Assembly (NCBI GenBank): GCA_945903685.1
Contig: CAMDOQ010000001.1
Coordinates: 1-50,071, forward strand
Direction of reading: 5' to 3'
Source: Rhizobium sp. Q54
GTDB taxonomy: Bacteria > Pseudomonadota > Alphaproteobacteria > SHVV01
Length of the DNA stretch: 50,071 nucleotides
Shown piece by piece: positions 9,004 to 18,070 of the stretch (the first letter of the stretch is position 1; each line of letters starts with the position of its first letter). The notes beneath the pieces are model-generated. The model worked only from the letters and a program-made list of their open reading frames with translations, did no database searches and was not told the DNA's origin. The position numbers were made by a program, and so were the translations under genes.

Positions 9004-10053
9004 ATGGCGACCAAACTTCCGATTTCAATCGCGACCTGGGACTATGACCGCGTCCAAGCGATCAAGGACAGCAGCGTGCCGGTCGAAGGCTGCGACGTTA
9101 CCTACATGGTGATGCGGCCGAAGGAGTCGTTCTTCCGGCTTTTCACCTACCAGGAGTTCGACGTCTGCGAGATGTCGTTCTCGTCGTTCATGTTGGCCAA
9201 GACCAATCACGACTTCCCGTACTGGGCGCTGCCGATCCCGCTCTCGCGGGTCTTCACCCACTCCGGCATTTTCATCCGCACCGACCGCGGCATCAAACGG
9301 CCCGAGGACTTGAAGGGCAGGTTGGTCGGCGCGCCCAACTACCAGTTGACCCGCGGCCTTTGCATCCGCGGCATGTTGCAGGACGAGTACGGCGTGAAGC
9401 CCTCCGACCTCCGCTGGCGGATCGGCGGAGTCGACGAGCCCGAGTTTCTCGACTACGTCACCTCGCAAGCCCCGGCCGGCGTCGACATCGAACCGGTACC
9501 GCGCGGCGAAACCCTCTCCAAGCTCCTGATCGAAGGCAAGATCGACGCGATTGTCACGGCGCAGACGCCGCAGTGCTGGCGCGATCAGGCCCCCCATGTC
9601 GGGCGTCTGTTTCCCGATTACCGCGCCGCCGAGCTCGCCTATTACAAGAAGACCGGCATCTTCCACATCATGCACCTGGTGGGTATCCGCAAGAGCCTGA
9701 CCGACCAGCATCCGTGGCTCGCGCGCGCGGTGATGAAAGCGTTCGAGGCGGCGCGCGCCAAGATCGTCCCCAACCTCACCGAGATCACCGCGCTCACGAC
9801 CATGCTGCCGTGGATCACCAAAGAGGCCGAGGACACCGTGCGCGACATGGGCCCCGACTTCTGGCCGTACGGCATCGAGAAAAACCGCACGACCATCGAG
9901 ACCCAGATCCGCTGGTCGTACGAGCAGGGTCTATCGAAGAAGATTTGGAAGCCCGAGGAGCTGTTTCACCCTTCGACCTTCACCTGGTACCAGTCCGACC
10001 GCGAAGGGCTGTCGGCGACGCGCGCGACCGACGCCTCCTTCAATGGGCGCTAG
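9004..10053 (+). CDS. 4,5-dihydroxyphthalate decarboxylase-like protein (cytoplasmic type 2 periplasmic-binding-fold enzyme)
   Basis: The start is ATG 9004 after GAAGGAAAAAAAG. There is no signal peptide. ISIATWDYDRVQAIKD..EFDVCEMSFSSF..PLSRVFTHSGIF..PEDLKGRLVGAPNYQLT..IRGMLQDEYGV matches my recollection of the PhtD/Pht5 family pattern. Confidence 0.6.
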   Translation: MATKLPISIATWDYDRVQAIKDSSVPVEGCDVTYMVMRPKESFFRLFTYQEFDVCEMSFSSFMLAKTNHDFPYWALPIPLSRVFTHSGIFIRTDRGIKRPEDLKGRLVGAPNYQLTRGLCIRGMLQDEYGVKPSDLRWRIGGVDEPEFLDYVTSQAPAGVDIEPVPRGETLSKLLIEGKIDAIVTAQTPQCWRDQAPHVGRLFPDYRAAELAYYKKTGIFHIMHLVGIRKSLTDQHPWLARAVMKAFEAARAKIVPNLTEITALTTMLPWITKEAEDTVRDMGPDFWPYGIEKNRTTIETQIRWSYEQGLSKKIWKPEELFHPSTFTWYQSDREGLSATRATDASFNGR

Positions 10054-10129
10054 CACCGGGCGGTTTTTTTTGTGGGCGAACGGTCGGGTGTAATATCTTC
10101 GCCCGCGTTCGAATAGACGGGAGGGCGGC

Positions 10130-11161
10130 GTGGCAGAGGGTGACGACCTCGTTCTCGTGACCGGAGCGACCGGCTACGTCGCGCAACATTGCGTCGATCA
10201 ATTGCTCCGTCGCGGCTACCGCGTGCGCGGGACGGTACGTCCGGCGGTCCCCGCCGACGCCGTGCGCGTGCCGTTCCAAGCGATTGCCGACGCCGACCGG
10301 CGGATCGAAGTGGTCGCGGCCGATCTCACCCGCGACGACGGTTGGGATGAAGCCTTAAAGGGCTGCCGCTACGTTCTCCATGTTGCCGCGCCGTTTCCGA
10401 TGGTGCCGCCCCGGGTCCGTGACGGACTGCTCGCGCCGGCTCGCGATGGTACCCTGCGCGTCCTTCGCGCCGCCAGCCGTGCTGGCGTCGAGCGGACAGT
10501 GGTCACGTCATCGACGGTCGCGGTATTGCACGGCCACCCCGGAGCGAGCGATCGCGTATTTGATCAGTCGGACTGGACGGATACCGATTCGCCGACGATC
10601 ACGTCCTACGCCTACGCCAAGACCCTAGCCGAGCGCTCGGCGTGGGACTTCGCGGCAGCCGACCGATCGGGGATGACGCTCGCCACAGTCAACCCGGGCC
10701 TCATCCTCGGGCCGATCATCGATTCTCACCTGCCGACTTCGGTCGAGATTTTACGCTACCTCCTGACCGGAAAATACCCGGCGGTGCCGCGTGTCGGGTT
10801 CCCGGTTGTCGACGTTCGTGACGTTGCTGTCGCCCACATCGCCGCGATGGAAACCGCCGCGGCAGCGGGGCAGCGCTATATCGCCGCCGCCGGTTCGCTG
10901 TGGATTGCGGATATCGCTCGATTGCTGCGGCAAGCGTTCCCCGAGCGGGCGCGTAGGATTCCGCGTCGCGAACTCCCCGATCTGATAGTGCGTGTGGTCG
11001 CGTTGTTCGACCCCAGCTTGCGGGCGGTCCTGCCAGATCTCGGCCGCTTGTTTCGCGTGTCCACCGACAAGGCGCGGCGCGAATTGGGACTTTCGTGGCG
11101 CGATCTTGGCGATACTGTGCGGGATACCGCGCAAAGTCTTATCGACCGTGGGATCGTTTAA
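10130..11161 (+). CDS. NAD(P)-dependent extended SDR (epimerase/dehydratase fold; aldehyde or cinnamoyl-CoA reductase-like)
   Basis: The start codon is GTG. An N-terminal Rossmann motif VLVTGATGYVAQHCVDQLLRRGYRVRGTVR and a YAKT (Y-x-x-x-K region) are present. The length of 343 aa fits. Confidence 0.8.
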   Translation: MAEGDDLVLVTGATGYVAQHCVDQLLRRGYRVRGTVRPAVPADAVRVPFQAIADADRRIEVVAADLTRDDGWDEALKGCRYVLHVAAPFPMVPPRVRDGLLAPARDGTLRVLRAASRAGVERTVVTSSTVAVLHGHPGASDRVFDQSDWTDTDSPTITSYAYAKTLAERSAWDFAAADRSGMTLATVNPGLILGPIIDSHLPTSVEILRYLLTGKYPAVPRVGFPVVDVRDVAVAHIAAMETAAAAGQRYIAAAGSLWIADIARLLRQAFPERARRIPRRELPDLIVRVVALFDPSLRAVLPDLGRLFRVSTDKARRELGLSWRDLGDTVRDTAQSLIDRGIV

Positions 11162-11360
11162 GCTGCACCCCGGGCGGCGCGTCGCTGGGATTGCAGCCCC
11201 GCTCGCGGTAAGCTGGTAAACTTGGTTCACGCGTTCCTCGGCGGACGAACGCAGTTGCCCAGGGAAATATCGGTACCTAACGAGATTTCGCCCGGTCGAC
11301 TGCATTGGTTCGGCCATGCTGGCTGTCCGCGGCGCGCGTCCGGCTTGCGGGGGAGGAACC

Positions 11361-12326
11361 ATGCGAATCGTGAACTATTGGCGCCGCGGTGAGCGGCGCC
11401 TAGGCGTCGTCGATGGCGAAGACGTGGTCGACGTGGCCGAGGCGCTGGGCCGGCGGGGTGCGTCAGCACGCGCTCGCGCGATCCTCGCCGATACCGTCGC
11501 GTTCATCGCGTCCGGCGCGGCCGGCCCCACGATGGCCCGCGCCGCGGTGCGCGCGAGCCGGTCCTCCGGCCGCGGCCGCCGACGGCTGGCGCGCGTCAAG
11601 CTCGCGGCGCCGATGCAGCCAACGGCGATCCTCTGTTCGGGCGCCAACTACTGGGAACACCGCGACGAGGTGCCCAAGCGCATCCTCAAGGAGCCTGAAT
11701 TCTTCGTCAAAGTGCCGCAAGGCGTGATCGGCCCGCACGACGACATCCGGCTCGACCGCGCGCTTACCAAGAAGCTCGACTATGAAACCGAGCTCGTGAT
11801 CGTGATCGGCCGGCCGGGGCGGCGAATCGCCAAGTCGAAGGCGCTCGCGCACGTATTCGGCTACGCGGTCATGAACGACCTCACGCTCCGCGACCGCCAG
11901 GTCAATTTGAAGCCGGACGGCAGCGTTTCCTACGACTACGGCCCGGGCAAGAACTTCGATACCTGCGCGCCGCTGGGCCCGTGCATCGTCACTGTCGACG
12001 AGATCAAGAGTCCGCATCGGCTGAAGCTCCGCACGCTGGTCAACCGCGAGGTCCGGCAGAACAACACCACCGCGCACATGCTCTGGCGCGTCGCCGACCT
12101 GGTGCGGTTTTTCTCGCTGTTTCTGACGCTTCGCCCGGGCATGATCATTTCGACCGGTACTCCCGGCGGCACCGCGTTTGGCACCGACAAGAAACTAGGC
12201 GGGCGGTTCTACAAGCCGATTGCCGGCAAGCCGCCGTTAACCTATCTGCGGCCGGGCGACGTGCTCACCTCGGAAATCCAGTCGATCGGCCAGCTCCGCA
12301 ACCGGGTCGTCCTCGACAACGGCTGA
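11361..12326 (+). CDS. Fumarylacetoacetate hydrolase (FAH) family protein
   Basis: ATG 11361 follows GGGGGAGGAAC. The sequence starts MRIVNYWRRGERRLGVVDG and contains DYETELVIVIGRPGRRI, FGYAVMNDLTLRD and GMIISTGTPGG, typical of FAH-family hydratases and decarboxylases. Confidence 0.85.
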   Translation: MRIVNYWRRGERRLGVVDGEDVVDVAEALGRRGASARARAILADTVAFIASGAAGPTMARAAVRASRSSGRGRRRLARVKLAAPMQPTAILCSGANYWEHRDEVPKRILKEPEFFVKVPQGVIGPHDDIRLDRALTKKLDYETELVIVIGRPGRRIAKSKALAHVFGYAVMNDLTLRDRQVNLKPDGSVSYDYGPGKNFDTCAPLGPCIVTVDEIKSPHRLKLRTLVNREVRQNNTTAHMLWRVADLVRFFSLFLTLRPGMIISTGTPGGTAFGTDKKLGGRFYKPIAGKPPLTYLRPGDVLTSEIQSIGQLRNRVVLDNG

Positions 12327-12424
12327 CGATTGCGCTCGCCGGCCGGTTGCCAACGGCACCTGAGCGCGTACAATCCAGTTTCGTGCGGTCGCCGCAGCGG
12401 CCGCTTCGTTTTGGGGAGGGAGTC

Positions 12425-14023
12425 ATGCTATTTCGCTCACTGTCGCGAGCAGTTGCAACGGCCGTTGCCGTGGCTGCGCTCGTCGTTGCCGTTCCGGGCT
12501 GGGCGCAAGCGCCCAAGAAGGGCGGCGAGATGCACGTCGCCGTGGTACCTGAGCCGATCCATCTCGGCCTCGGCATGACCGGCCAGCTCGCGGCCTACAC
12601 GGTCTCGAGCAAGGTCTACCAGTCGCTGATCAAGTACGACTTCGAGTACAAGCCGATTCCGGTGTTGGCCGAATCGTGGAGCATGTCGCCCGATGGCAAA
12701 GCCTACACCTTCAAACTCCGCAAGGGCGTCAAGTGGCATGACGGCAAGCCGTTCACTGCCCATGACGTCGTCTTCACCACCACCGAAATCCTGAAGCAAT
12801 ACAACCCGCTCTCGCGCCGCGTGGTGGCGATGATGTCGAAGGTGCACGCGCCCGACGACCATACCGTGGTGTTCGAATTCCCGAACGCCTATCCGGCGTT
12901 CATGTCGCTATTCGACCCAGCCTCGATGCCGGTGCTGCCCAAGCACCTCTACGAGGGCACCGAGTACACCAAGAATCCGTACAACGAGAAGCCGGTCGGC
13001 ACCGGGCCGTTCAAGTTCGTCGAGTGGAAGAAGGGCTCCTACATCAAACTCGTCCGCAACGACGACTACTGGAAGCCGGGGCTGCCGTACCTCGACGCGA
13101 TCTACTTCCAGTTCATTCCCGATCCGGCCGGCCGGTCGCTCGCGCTCGAGCAGGGCCGCGTCCACTTCACGGCGTGGGGTGCGATCGAGAACTACGACGT
13201 GCCGCGCCTGAAGGCGCTACCGCATCTCGAGATGACGACCAAGGGCTACGAGATGATCGGCACCATGATGTGGGTCGAGTTCAACTACCGCAAGGCGCCG
13301 TTCAACGACGTGCGGTTCCGCCGCGCGATCGCCCACGCGATCGATCGCGACTTCATCCGCAACAACATCTATTTCGGCCTCGGCAAGATTCCGTCGAGCC
13401 CGGTGTCGACCGTGACCAAGTTCCACGACAAGAACACCGGCATGGCGTGGGACTTCAACCCGGCCAAGGCCAAGAAGATGCTGGACGACATGGGCCTCAA
13501 GCCCGACGCCAACGGCGTGCGCTTGAAGACGACGCTGACGCCGCTCTACGCCTCGTTGGGCGAACAATATGTCCGTATCGGCGAGTACGTGAAGCAGGCG
13601 CTGAAGGACGTCGGCATCGATGCCGAGATCAAGAGCTACGATGCCGGCGGCTGGATGAAGGCGATGGGTAACTGGGAGTACGACATCGCCGTCAACTTCA
13701 TGGGCCAGTACGCCGACCCGGAGTTGGGCGTCGCGCGTTCCTACATCTCGTCCAACATCAAGCAGGGCGTGCCGTTCAACAACATGGCCGGCTATTCGAA
13801 CCCGAAGATCGACGCGTTGTTCGCCAAAGGCGCGGCCGAGCCTGACGAGAAGAAGCGGACCGAGATCTACAGCGAGCTGCAAAAAGCGCTGGTCGACGAC
13901 GTCGCGTTCGTGTGGTTCCTCGAGCTCGAGCAGCCGCACTTTATCAATAAGAAGTTCAAGAACGTCATCACCAACCCGCTCGGCAACAAGGACGACTTCG
14001 AGTCGGTCCACATGGTGCAATAG
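12425..14023 (+). CDS. ABC transporter substrate-binding protein, family 5 (peptide/nickel/opine type), orphan
   Basis: ATG 12425 opens the Sec signal MLFRSLSRAVATAVAVAALVVAVPGWAQA. Family-5 hallmarks include YTFKLRKGVKWHDGKPFTAHDVVFT and GTGPFKFVEWKKGSYIKLVRNDDYW. No cognate permease or ATPase genes are adjacent. Confidence 0.85.
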   Translation: MLFRSLSRAVATAVAVAALVVAVPGWAQAPKKGGEMHVAVVPEPIHLGLGMTGQLAAYTVSSKVYQSLIKYDFEYKPIPVLAESWSMSPDGKAYTFKLRKGVKWHDGKPFTAHDVVFTTTEILKQYNPLSRRVVAMMSKVHAPDDHTVVFEFPNAYPAFMSLFDPASMPVLPKHLYEGTEYTKNPYNEKPVGTGPFKFVEWKKGSYIKLVRNDDYWKPGLPYLDAIYFQFIPDPAGRSLALEQGRVHFTAWGAIENYDVPRLKALPHLEMTTKGYEMIGTMMWVEFNYRKAPFNDVRFRRAIAHAIDRDFIRNNIYFGLGKIPSSPVSTVTKFHDKNTGMAWDFNPAKAKKMLDDMGLKPDANGVRLKTTLTPLYASLGEQYVRIGEYVKQALKDVGIDAEIKSYDAGGWMKAMGNWEYDIAVNFMGQYADPELGVARSYISSNIKQGVPFNNMAGYSNPKIDALFAKGAAEPDEKKRTEIYSELQKALVDDVAFVWFLELEQPHFINKKFKNVITNPLGNKDDFESVHMVQ

Positions 14024-14043
14024 CGGCAAGCGCCGACGACGCG

Positions 14044-14078
14044 AAGCGGCAGGGCACCGGCCCTGCCGCTTTTTTCTT
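14044..14078 (+). terminator. Rho-independent terminator after the family-5 SBP gene
   Basis: AAGCGGCAGGGC-ACCG-GCCCTGCCGCTT forms a perfect 12-bp stem with a 4-nt loop, followed by TTTTCTT. Confidence 0.85.
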
Positions 14079-14087
14079 GAGGGCATC

Positions 14088-15155
14088 ATGACGAGCGACG
14101 GTTTCCGCTTGAGCGTCATGCCGACGCACGAAAACGTGCGCGGCGCGGTCGAGTTTTGGCGGGCGTGTGAGCGCCACGGGCTCGATGTCATCGGCGCCGC
14201 TGACTCGCAGAACTACATGCGCGAGATGTGGGTGTGCCTGACCGCCGCGGCGGTCGCGACCGAGCGCGTCAAGATCATGACCTACGCCACCAACCCGGTG
14301 ACGCGCCACCCCTCGGTCACCGCCGGCGCGTTCGTCGCGCTCAACGAACTCGCGCCCGGGCGGCTGATGATGGGGATCGGGACTGGCGACTCGGCGCTAT
14401 GGTCGATGGGCCGGAAAGTGGCGACCATCGCCGAGACCCGCGCCTATGTCCAGGCGGTCAAGGCGCTCTGCGCCGGCGAGGCGATCGAGTGGGACGGGCA
14501 GCGGTTCAAGCCGGCTTGGGCCTATTTCGAGCCGTTCGATCTCCCGGTCTACGTCATGTGCTCGGGCCCCAAGATCCTGCGCATGGCGGCCGAAGTTGCC
14601 GATGGTGCCGTGGTGCACATGGGTTTCGCCCCCGAGGACGTGGCCTATGTGCGGGACATCGTCGATGACGGGCGCCGCGCGGTCGGTAAGGACCCCAAAG
14701 CATTCGATCTCTGGTGGAACACGCGGGTCGTGTTCGATCAGAGCTACGACGCCGCCGCGGCGCGGACGCTGGGCTGGATGCCGCGCTGGCTCACCATGGG
14801 AAGCATGGACGGCAAGGGCATTCCCGACGCCTACAAGGAAAAGCTCAAGCAGCTGAACGCCGACACGCACAGCCTCGCCACGGTCTACAAGACCAAGAAC
14901 CGCGAGCAGATCATGGTCGAACGCGCCAAGGAGCTCGGGCTCTACGACTGGCTGATGGCGCGTTCGCCGCGCCTGTTCGGTACCCCCGACGACGTCGCCG
15001 GCCGCATGAACGAACTCGGGCGCCAGCTCGGCTTGAAACAGTGGATCCTGTTCCTGATCGGGAACGACGGTCAGAACGTGAGCGGTACCCGCCCCGAGTG
15101 CTTCGCGTTGCTCGAACAACTGACCAAGGGCGTGAAACCCAAGCTCACCGCTTGA
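14088..15155 (+). CDS. LLM-class (luciferase-like) flavin/F420-dependent oxidoreductase
   Basis: The length of 355 aa fits, as does the pattern GLDVIGAADSQ...VKIMTYATNPVTRHP...GRLMMGIGTGDS...PVYVMCSGPKILRMAAEVADG, typical of the TIM-barrel LLM family. Confidence 0.75.
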   Translation: MTSDGFRLSVMPTHENVRGAVEFWRACERHGLDVIGAADSQNYMREMWVCLTAAAVATERVKIMTYATNPVTRHPSVTAGAFVALNELAPGRLMMGIGTGDSALWSMGRKVATIAETRAYVQAVKALCAGEAIEWDGQRFKPAWAYFEPFDLPVYVMCSGPKILRMAAEVADGAVVHMGFAPEDVAYVRDIVDDGRRAVGKDPKAFDLWWNTRVVFDQSYDAAAARTLGWMPRWLTMGSMDGKGIPDAYKEKLKQLNADTHSLATVYKTKNREQIMVERAKELGLYDWLMARSPRLFGTPDDVAGRMNELGRQLGLKQWILFLIGNDGQNVSGTRPECFALLEQLTKGVKPKLTA

Positions 15156-15284
15156 GTAGCGCGACCGGCCGGCTGCGACCCGGACGCGCTCGGGGCCTGC
15201 CGCCGACATTCCTAACCTAGGTCAAGCACGCGGTTCGGCAGCTGCTGGCACACTGGCGCTCTTCCGCATCCTGGGGAGGAGAGC

Positions 15285-16421
15285 ATGACGGTCCAGTCCA
15301 AGCCCAAGTCGCCGCCGCGGTTTCTGCCAAACGCCGATCTCTCGGGTACGTTGCCGTCGAAATACTACTTCGACCCCGCGGTCTACGAGCGCGAGAAAGA
15401 GGAAATTTGGTTCAAGACCTGGCAATTCGTCGGCCTCGCGGCCGATCTCGGGGAACCGGGCGACTATTTCACCGCCACCGTGATCGATCAGCCGGTGTTC
15501 GTGGTCCGCGCCAAATCGGGTGCGCTGCGCGCGTTCTATAACGTCTGCACCCATCGCGGCCACATCTTGGTCGAAGGGCGCGGCAACAAGAAGATCATGA
15601 CCTGCCCGTTCCACGCCTGGTCGTTCGACAACGAGGGCCGCCTCAAGGCTGCCGGCAACGCCGAGAACGTCGCCGGTTTCAAGCTCGAGGACTTTGGCCT
15701 GGCCGAAATCCAGGTCGAGCAGATGGCCAACATGGTGTTCGTCAACCTCGATCCCAAGGCCGCTTCGCTCAAGAGTATGGCCGGCGATCTCGAGCAAGAC
15801 CTACGCGCCAAGATTCCGCACTTCGACCGTCTCAAATTCGCCCGTCAGGACTGCTACACATTCGACTTCAACTGGAAGTTCGTGCTCGACCAGAACGAGT
15901 GTTACCACTGCGCGATCGTGCATCCCGGGGTGATGGCGGGGAAGGGTGCCTATCTCGAGCCCTCGTTCGAGGTGACCGAGCACAAGTACTGGACCGCGGT
16001 GATGGCGCGTTCGAACGAGAAGGAACGCTCGCCCTATGGCGGCGGTAACCGCGACGAGGTCGCGAATGTCTACATCTGGACACTGTGGCCGAACCTGATC
16101 CTCCTGACCCATCAAGGGCCCAGCAACCTCAAGATCCAGCGCATCTGGGCGACCGGGCCCGAAACTTCGGCGCAAACGATCGACAACCTTTGCGTCAACG
16201 ACCCGCCGACCGAGCTCGACGTCAAGCAGTTCAACTACTACCGCGACCGCGTGTTGCCCGAGGACGTGCCGTGCATGGAAAAGCAGCAGCGGGGCATGCG
16301 CTCGCGCGGTTATACGCAGGGACGCTTGATGGTCGACAAGGAACGGTCGTGGAGGAGCGAGCACGCCGTCCATCACTTCGACAAACTGGTGTGGGAAGCT
16401 CTGAACGGGCCCAACTACTGA
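15285..16421 (+). CDS. Rieske [2Fe-2S] oxygenase, alpha-only type (GbcA/CntA/choline-monooxygenase-like)
   Basis: Shine-Dalgarno GGGGAGGAG lies upstream. The Rieske motif is CTHRGHILVEGRGNKKIMTCPFHAWSF. The catalytic domain carries ECYHCAIVHPG. No beta subunit gene follows. Confidence 0.85.
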   Translation: MTVQSKPKSPPRFLPNADLSGTLPSKYYFDPAVYEREKEEIWFKTWQFVGLAADLGEPGDYFTATVIDQPVFVVRAKSGALRAFYNVCTHRGHILVEGRGNKKIMTCPFHAWSFDNEGRLKAAGNAENVAGFKLEDFGLAEIQVEQMANMVFVNLDPKAASLKSMAGDLEQDLRAKIPHFDRLKFARQDCYTFDFNWKFVLDQNECYHCAIVHPGVMAGKGAYLEPSFEVTEHKYWTAVMARSNEKERSPYGGGNRDEVANVYIWTLWPNLILLTHQGPSNLKIQRIWATGPETSAQTIDNLCVNDPPTELDVKQFNYYRDRVLPEDVPCMEKQQRGMRSRGYTQGRLMVDKERSWRSEHAVHHFDKLVWEALNGPNY

Positions 16422-16436
16422 TCGGGAGGCTGTACC

Positions 16437-17324
16437 TTAAAGCGTCCGCTTGATCGAACGCGTCGTGACGCGCGTCGTGATCGAATAGTCGACGGTCCCG
16501 GTCGCTTCCGCGTGTTGCAGCGCGCCGGTAATGTTGAGCGTCGCGATCGTGGGCAGGCCGCTCAAGGTGTCGAACACCGTGCGGGCCTTGACCCGGATCG
16601 TCACCGGCGTGCCCTTGATCCGGGCGGTCAAGGTATCGTCGAGCGAAGCGACGATCACGAACTTCGCGCCATCCAGCGCCAGCCCTTCCATCGCCAGCGG
16701 CGCAAGCGCCTTGGTGATCTCGACATCCGGATAGAGGCGGCTCAGGGCCGAGCGTACTTGGGCGGTGGAATCCGCGAGCGCGTCGCCGGTTTTGACCGGA
16801 CCGGGCGGCAAGCGAGGCGGCAGCGCCGCCAAGCCAGTCACGACGGCCTCGCTGAAACGGTCGACCACGAGGTAAAGCGACGAGTTCGGGACGAGCGGCT
16901 TCTGGACTTGGGCGAGCCCGGTAAAGCTGACCACATGGCCGGCCGCATAGCCGTTCGCGTCGGTCAGCAGATCGATCGTCGATAGCGGCTTTCGCGCGGC
17001 GAACGACTTGCCGTCGATCATGACCGTCTCGACGTCGATCGCCCAGTCGACGCTCCCGCCTTCGGCCTTGAACAATCCGGCGCCGGCGATCGTGACGCGG
17101 CGCCCTTCGTTCGCGATGTAGGAGCCGGCGTTGTTGATCTCGGTCACGAACTCGAAGGCGCCGCCGGCGGCAAATCTGAGCGGCACCGGGTCTTTAGCCG
17201 GCGCGACCGACAGCGCCGCGGTTTGCGCCATGGCGACGGCGCCAATGGCGATTGCAGCAAGGCCGAGGACAATGACCTGGAACCGATGCGCCGTGTTCCG
17301 GTACGGCCGGCGAGGAAGAATCAT
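16437..17324 (-). CDS. Secreted hypothetical protein (signal peptide, no recognised domain)
   Basis: The N-terminus RFQVIVLGLAAIAIGAVAMAQTA looks like a Sec signal. The ATG at 17324 overlaps the upstream stop in an ATGA coupling. Composition is coding-like and not Arg-skewed. Confidence 0.6.
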   Translation of the reverse strand: MILPRRPYRNTAHRFQVIVLGLAAIAIGAVAMAQTAALSVAPAKDPVPLRFAAGGAFEFVTEINNAGSYIANEGRRVTIAGAGLFKAEGGSVDWAIDVETVMIDGKSFAARKPLSTIDLLTDANGYAAGHVVSFTGLAQVQKPLVPNSSLYLVVDRFSEAVVTGLAALPPRLPPGPVKTGDALADSTAQVRSALSRLYPDVEITKALAPLAMEGLALDGAKFVIVASLDDTLTARIKGTPVTIRVKARTVFDTLSGLPTIATLNITGALQHAEATGTVDYSITTRVTTRSIKRTL

Positions 17325-17938
17325 GGCGGCGGATGATGCGGGACCGTGGGGGTCGGCGGTGCGATGACCGGCGTTTCGGGCAGCTTGGTTGCGGGCGGCA
17401 GACCCGGCGGACGAACCGTCGGTGTCGGGGTGGGCGGCCGGGCAAAGTCGGCCGCGGTCCGGACCGGTTCTCTGGTGACGAGCGTCTCGATGTTGGTGTA
17501 GATCTCGCGACGGCCGTTCCTCAGGTTCCCGAGCTGAAAAGGTCGCTTGGCGTCGAGGTCCCGCATCTCGGCAAGGAGGTCGGCGCTATCGGGCTTTCGA
17601 CGCAGGAAGTTGCCGTTGCGGTCGATGTAGGTCTCGGCGATGACCTCGCCGTATTCGCCGCTTACCCGGGAGAAAGCGTCCTTTTCCCGCTTTTGATAGA
17701 GCGTGCTGCCGTCCGCGTATTCATGCCGGAGGTAGGCCATCTGGTGATCTTTGTTGATTCCCGGACGGTCCTTATCCGGCGTGCGGACGATTCGCTCGAC
17801 TTTGTAGGTACGGGCCGCGCCTTTGTCGTTCTTGATCTCCTGGTCGGCCGGCGGACATCCGGCCAACCACAGCGCGGCGGCGGCGATCAACGACGCCCGC
17901 AGCGCCGAACGCAGAACCGGAGGAACACTTGATGTCAT
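17321..17938 (-). CDS. Putative lipoprotein with a proline-rich C-terminal tail, unknown function
   Basis: The start is taken at ATG 17938 (MTSSVPPVLRSALRASLIAAAALWLAGCPP), which contains the lipobox LAGC. The C-terminus is PPTPTPTVRPPGLPPATKLPETPVIAPPTPTVPHHPPP. The track ORF begins at 17989. Confidence 0.6.
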   Translation of the reverse strand: MTSSVPPVLRSALRASLIAAAALWLAGCPPADQEIKNDKGAARTYKVERIVRTPDKDRPGINKDHQMAYLRHEYADGSTLYQKREKDAFSRVSGEYGEVIAETYIDRNGNFLRRKPDSADLLAEMRDLDAKRPFQLGNLRNGRREIYTNIETLVTREPVRTAADFARPPTPTPTVRPPGLPPATKLPETPVIAPPTPTVPHHPPP

Positions 17939-18070
17939 GACGTCCACGCGTGCGCTACGAAGACGACAAAAGCACGACCCCGGAGCCACCGGCCTTGATG
18001 TGAAGCAAACGCTACAACCGCCGTCGCCCCGCTTCTAGAAACCGGGTAGGCTCGCCGCCGGTACCCGTCC

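Noticed and set aside
10064-10071. T8 run shortly after the stop codon at 10053, and a similar T8 run at 39334-39341 after the tetR stop. Both were considered as intrinsic terminators.
   Set aside because: I found no convincing GC-rich hairpin immediately upstream of either run. I note them only as unusual homopolymers for this GC content.
10751-11362. 203-aa minus-strand ORF spanning the 3' end of the SDR gene and the 11162-11360 intergenic region.
   Set aside because: Most of it is antisense to a well-supported SDR gene. The sequence is Arg/Pro/Gly-rich, has no recognisable domain and has no ribosome-binding site.
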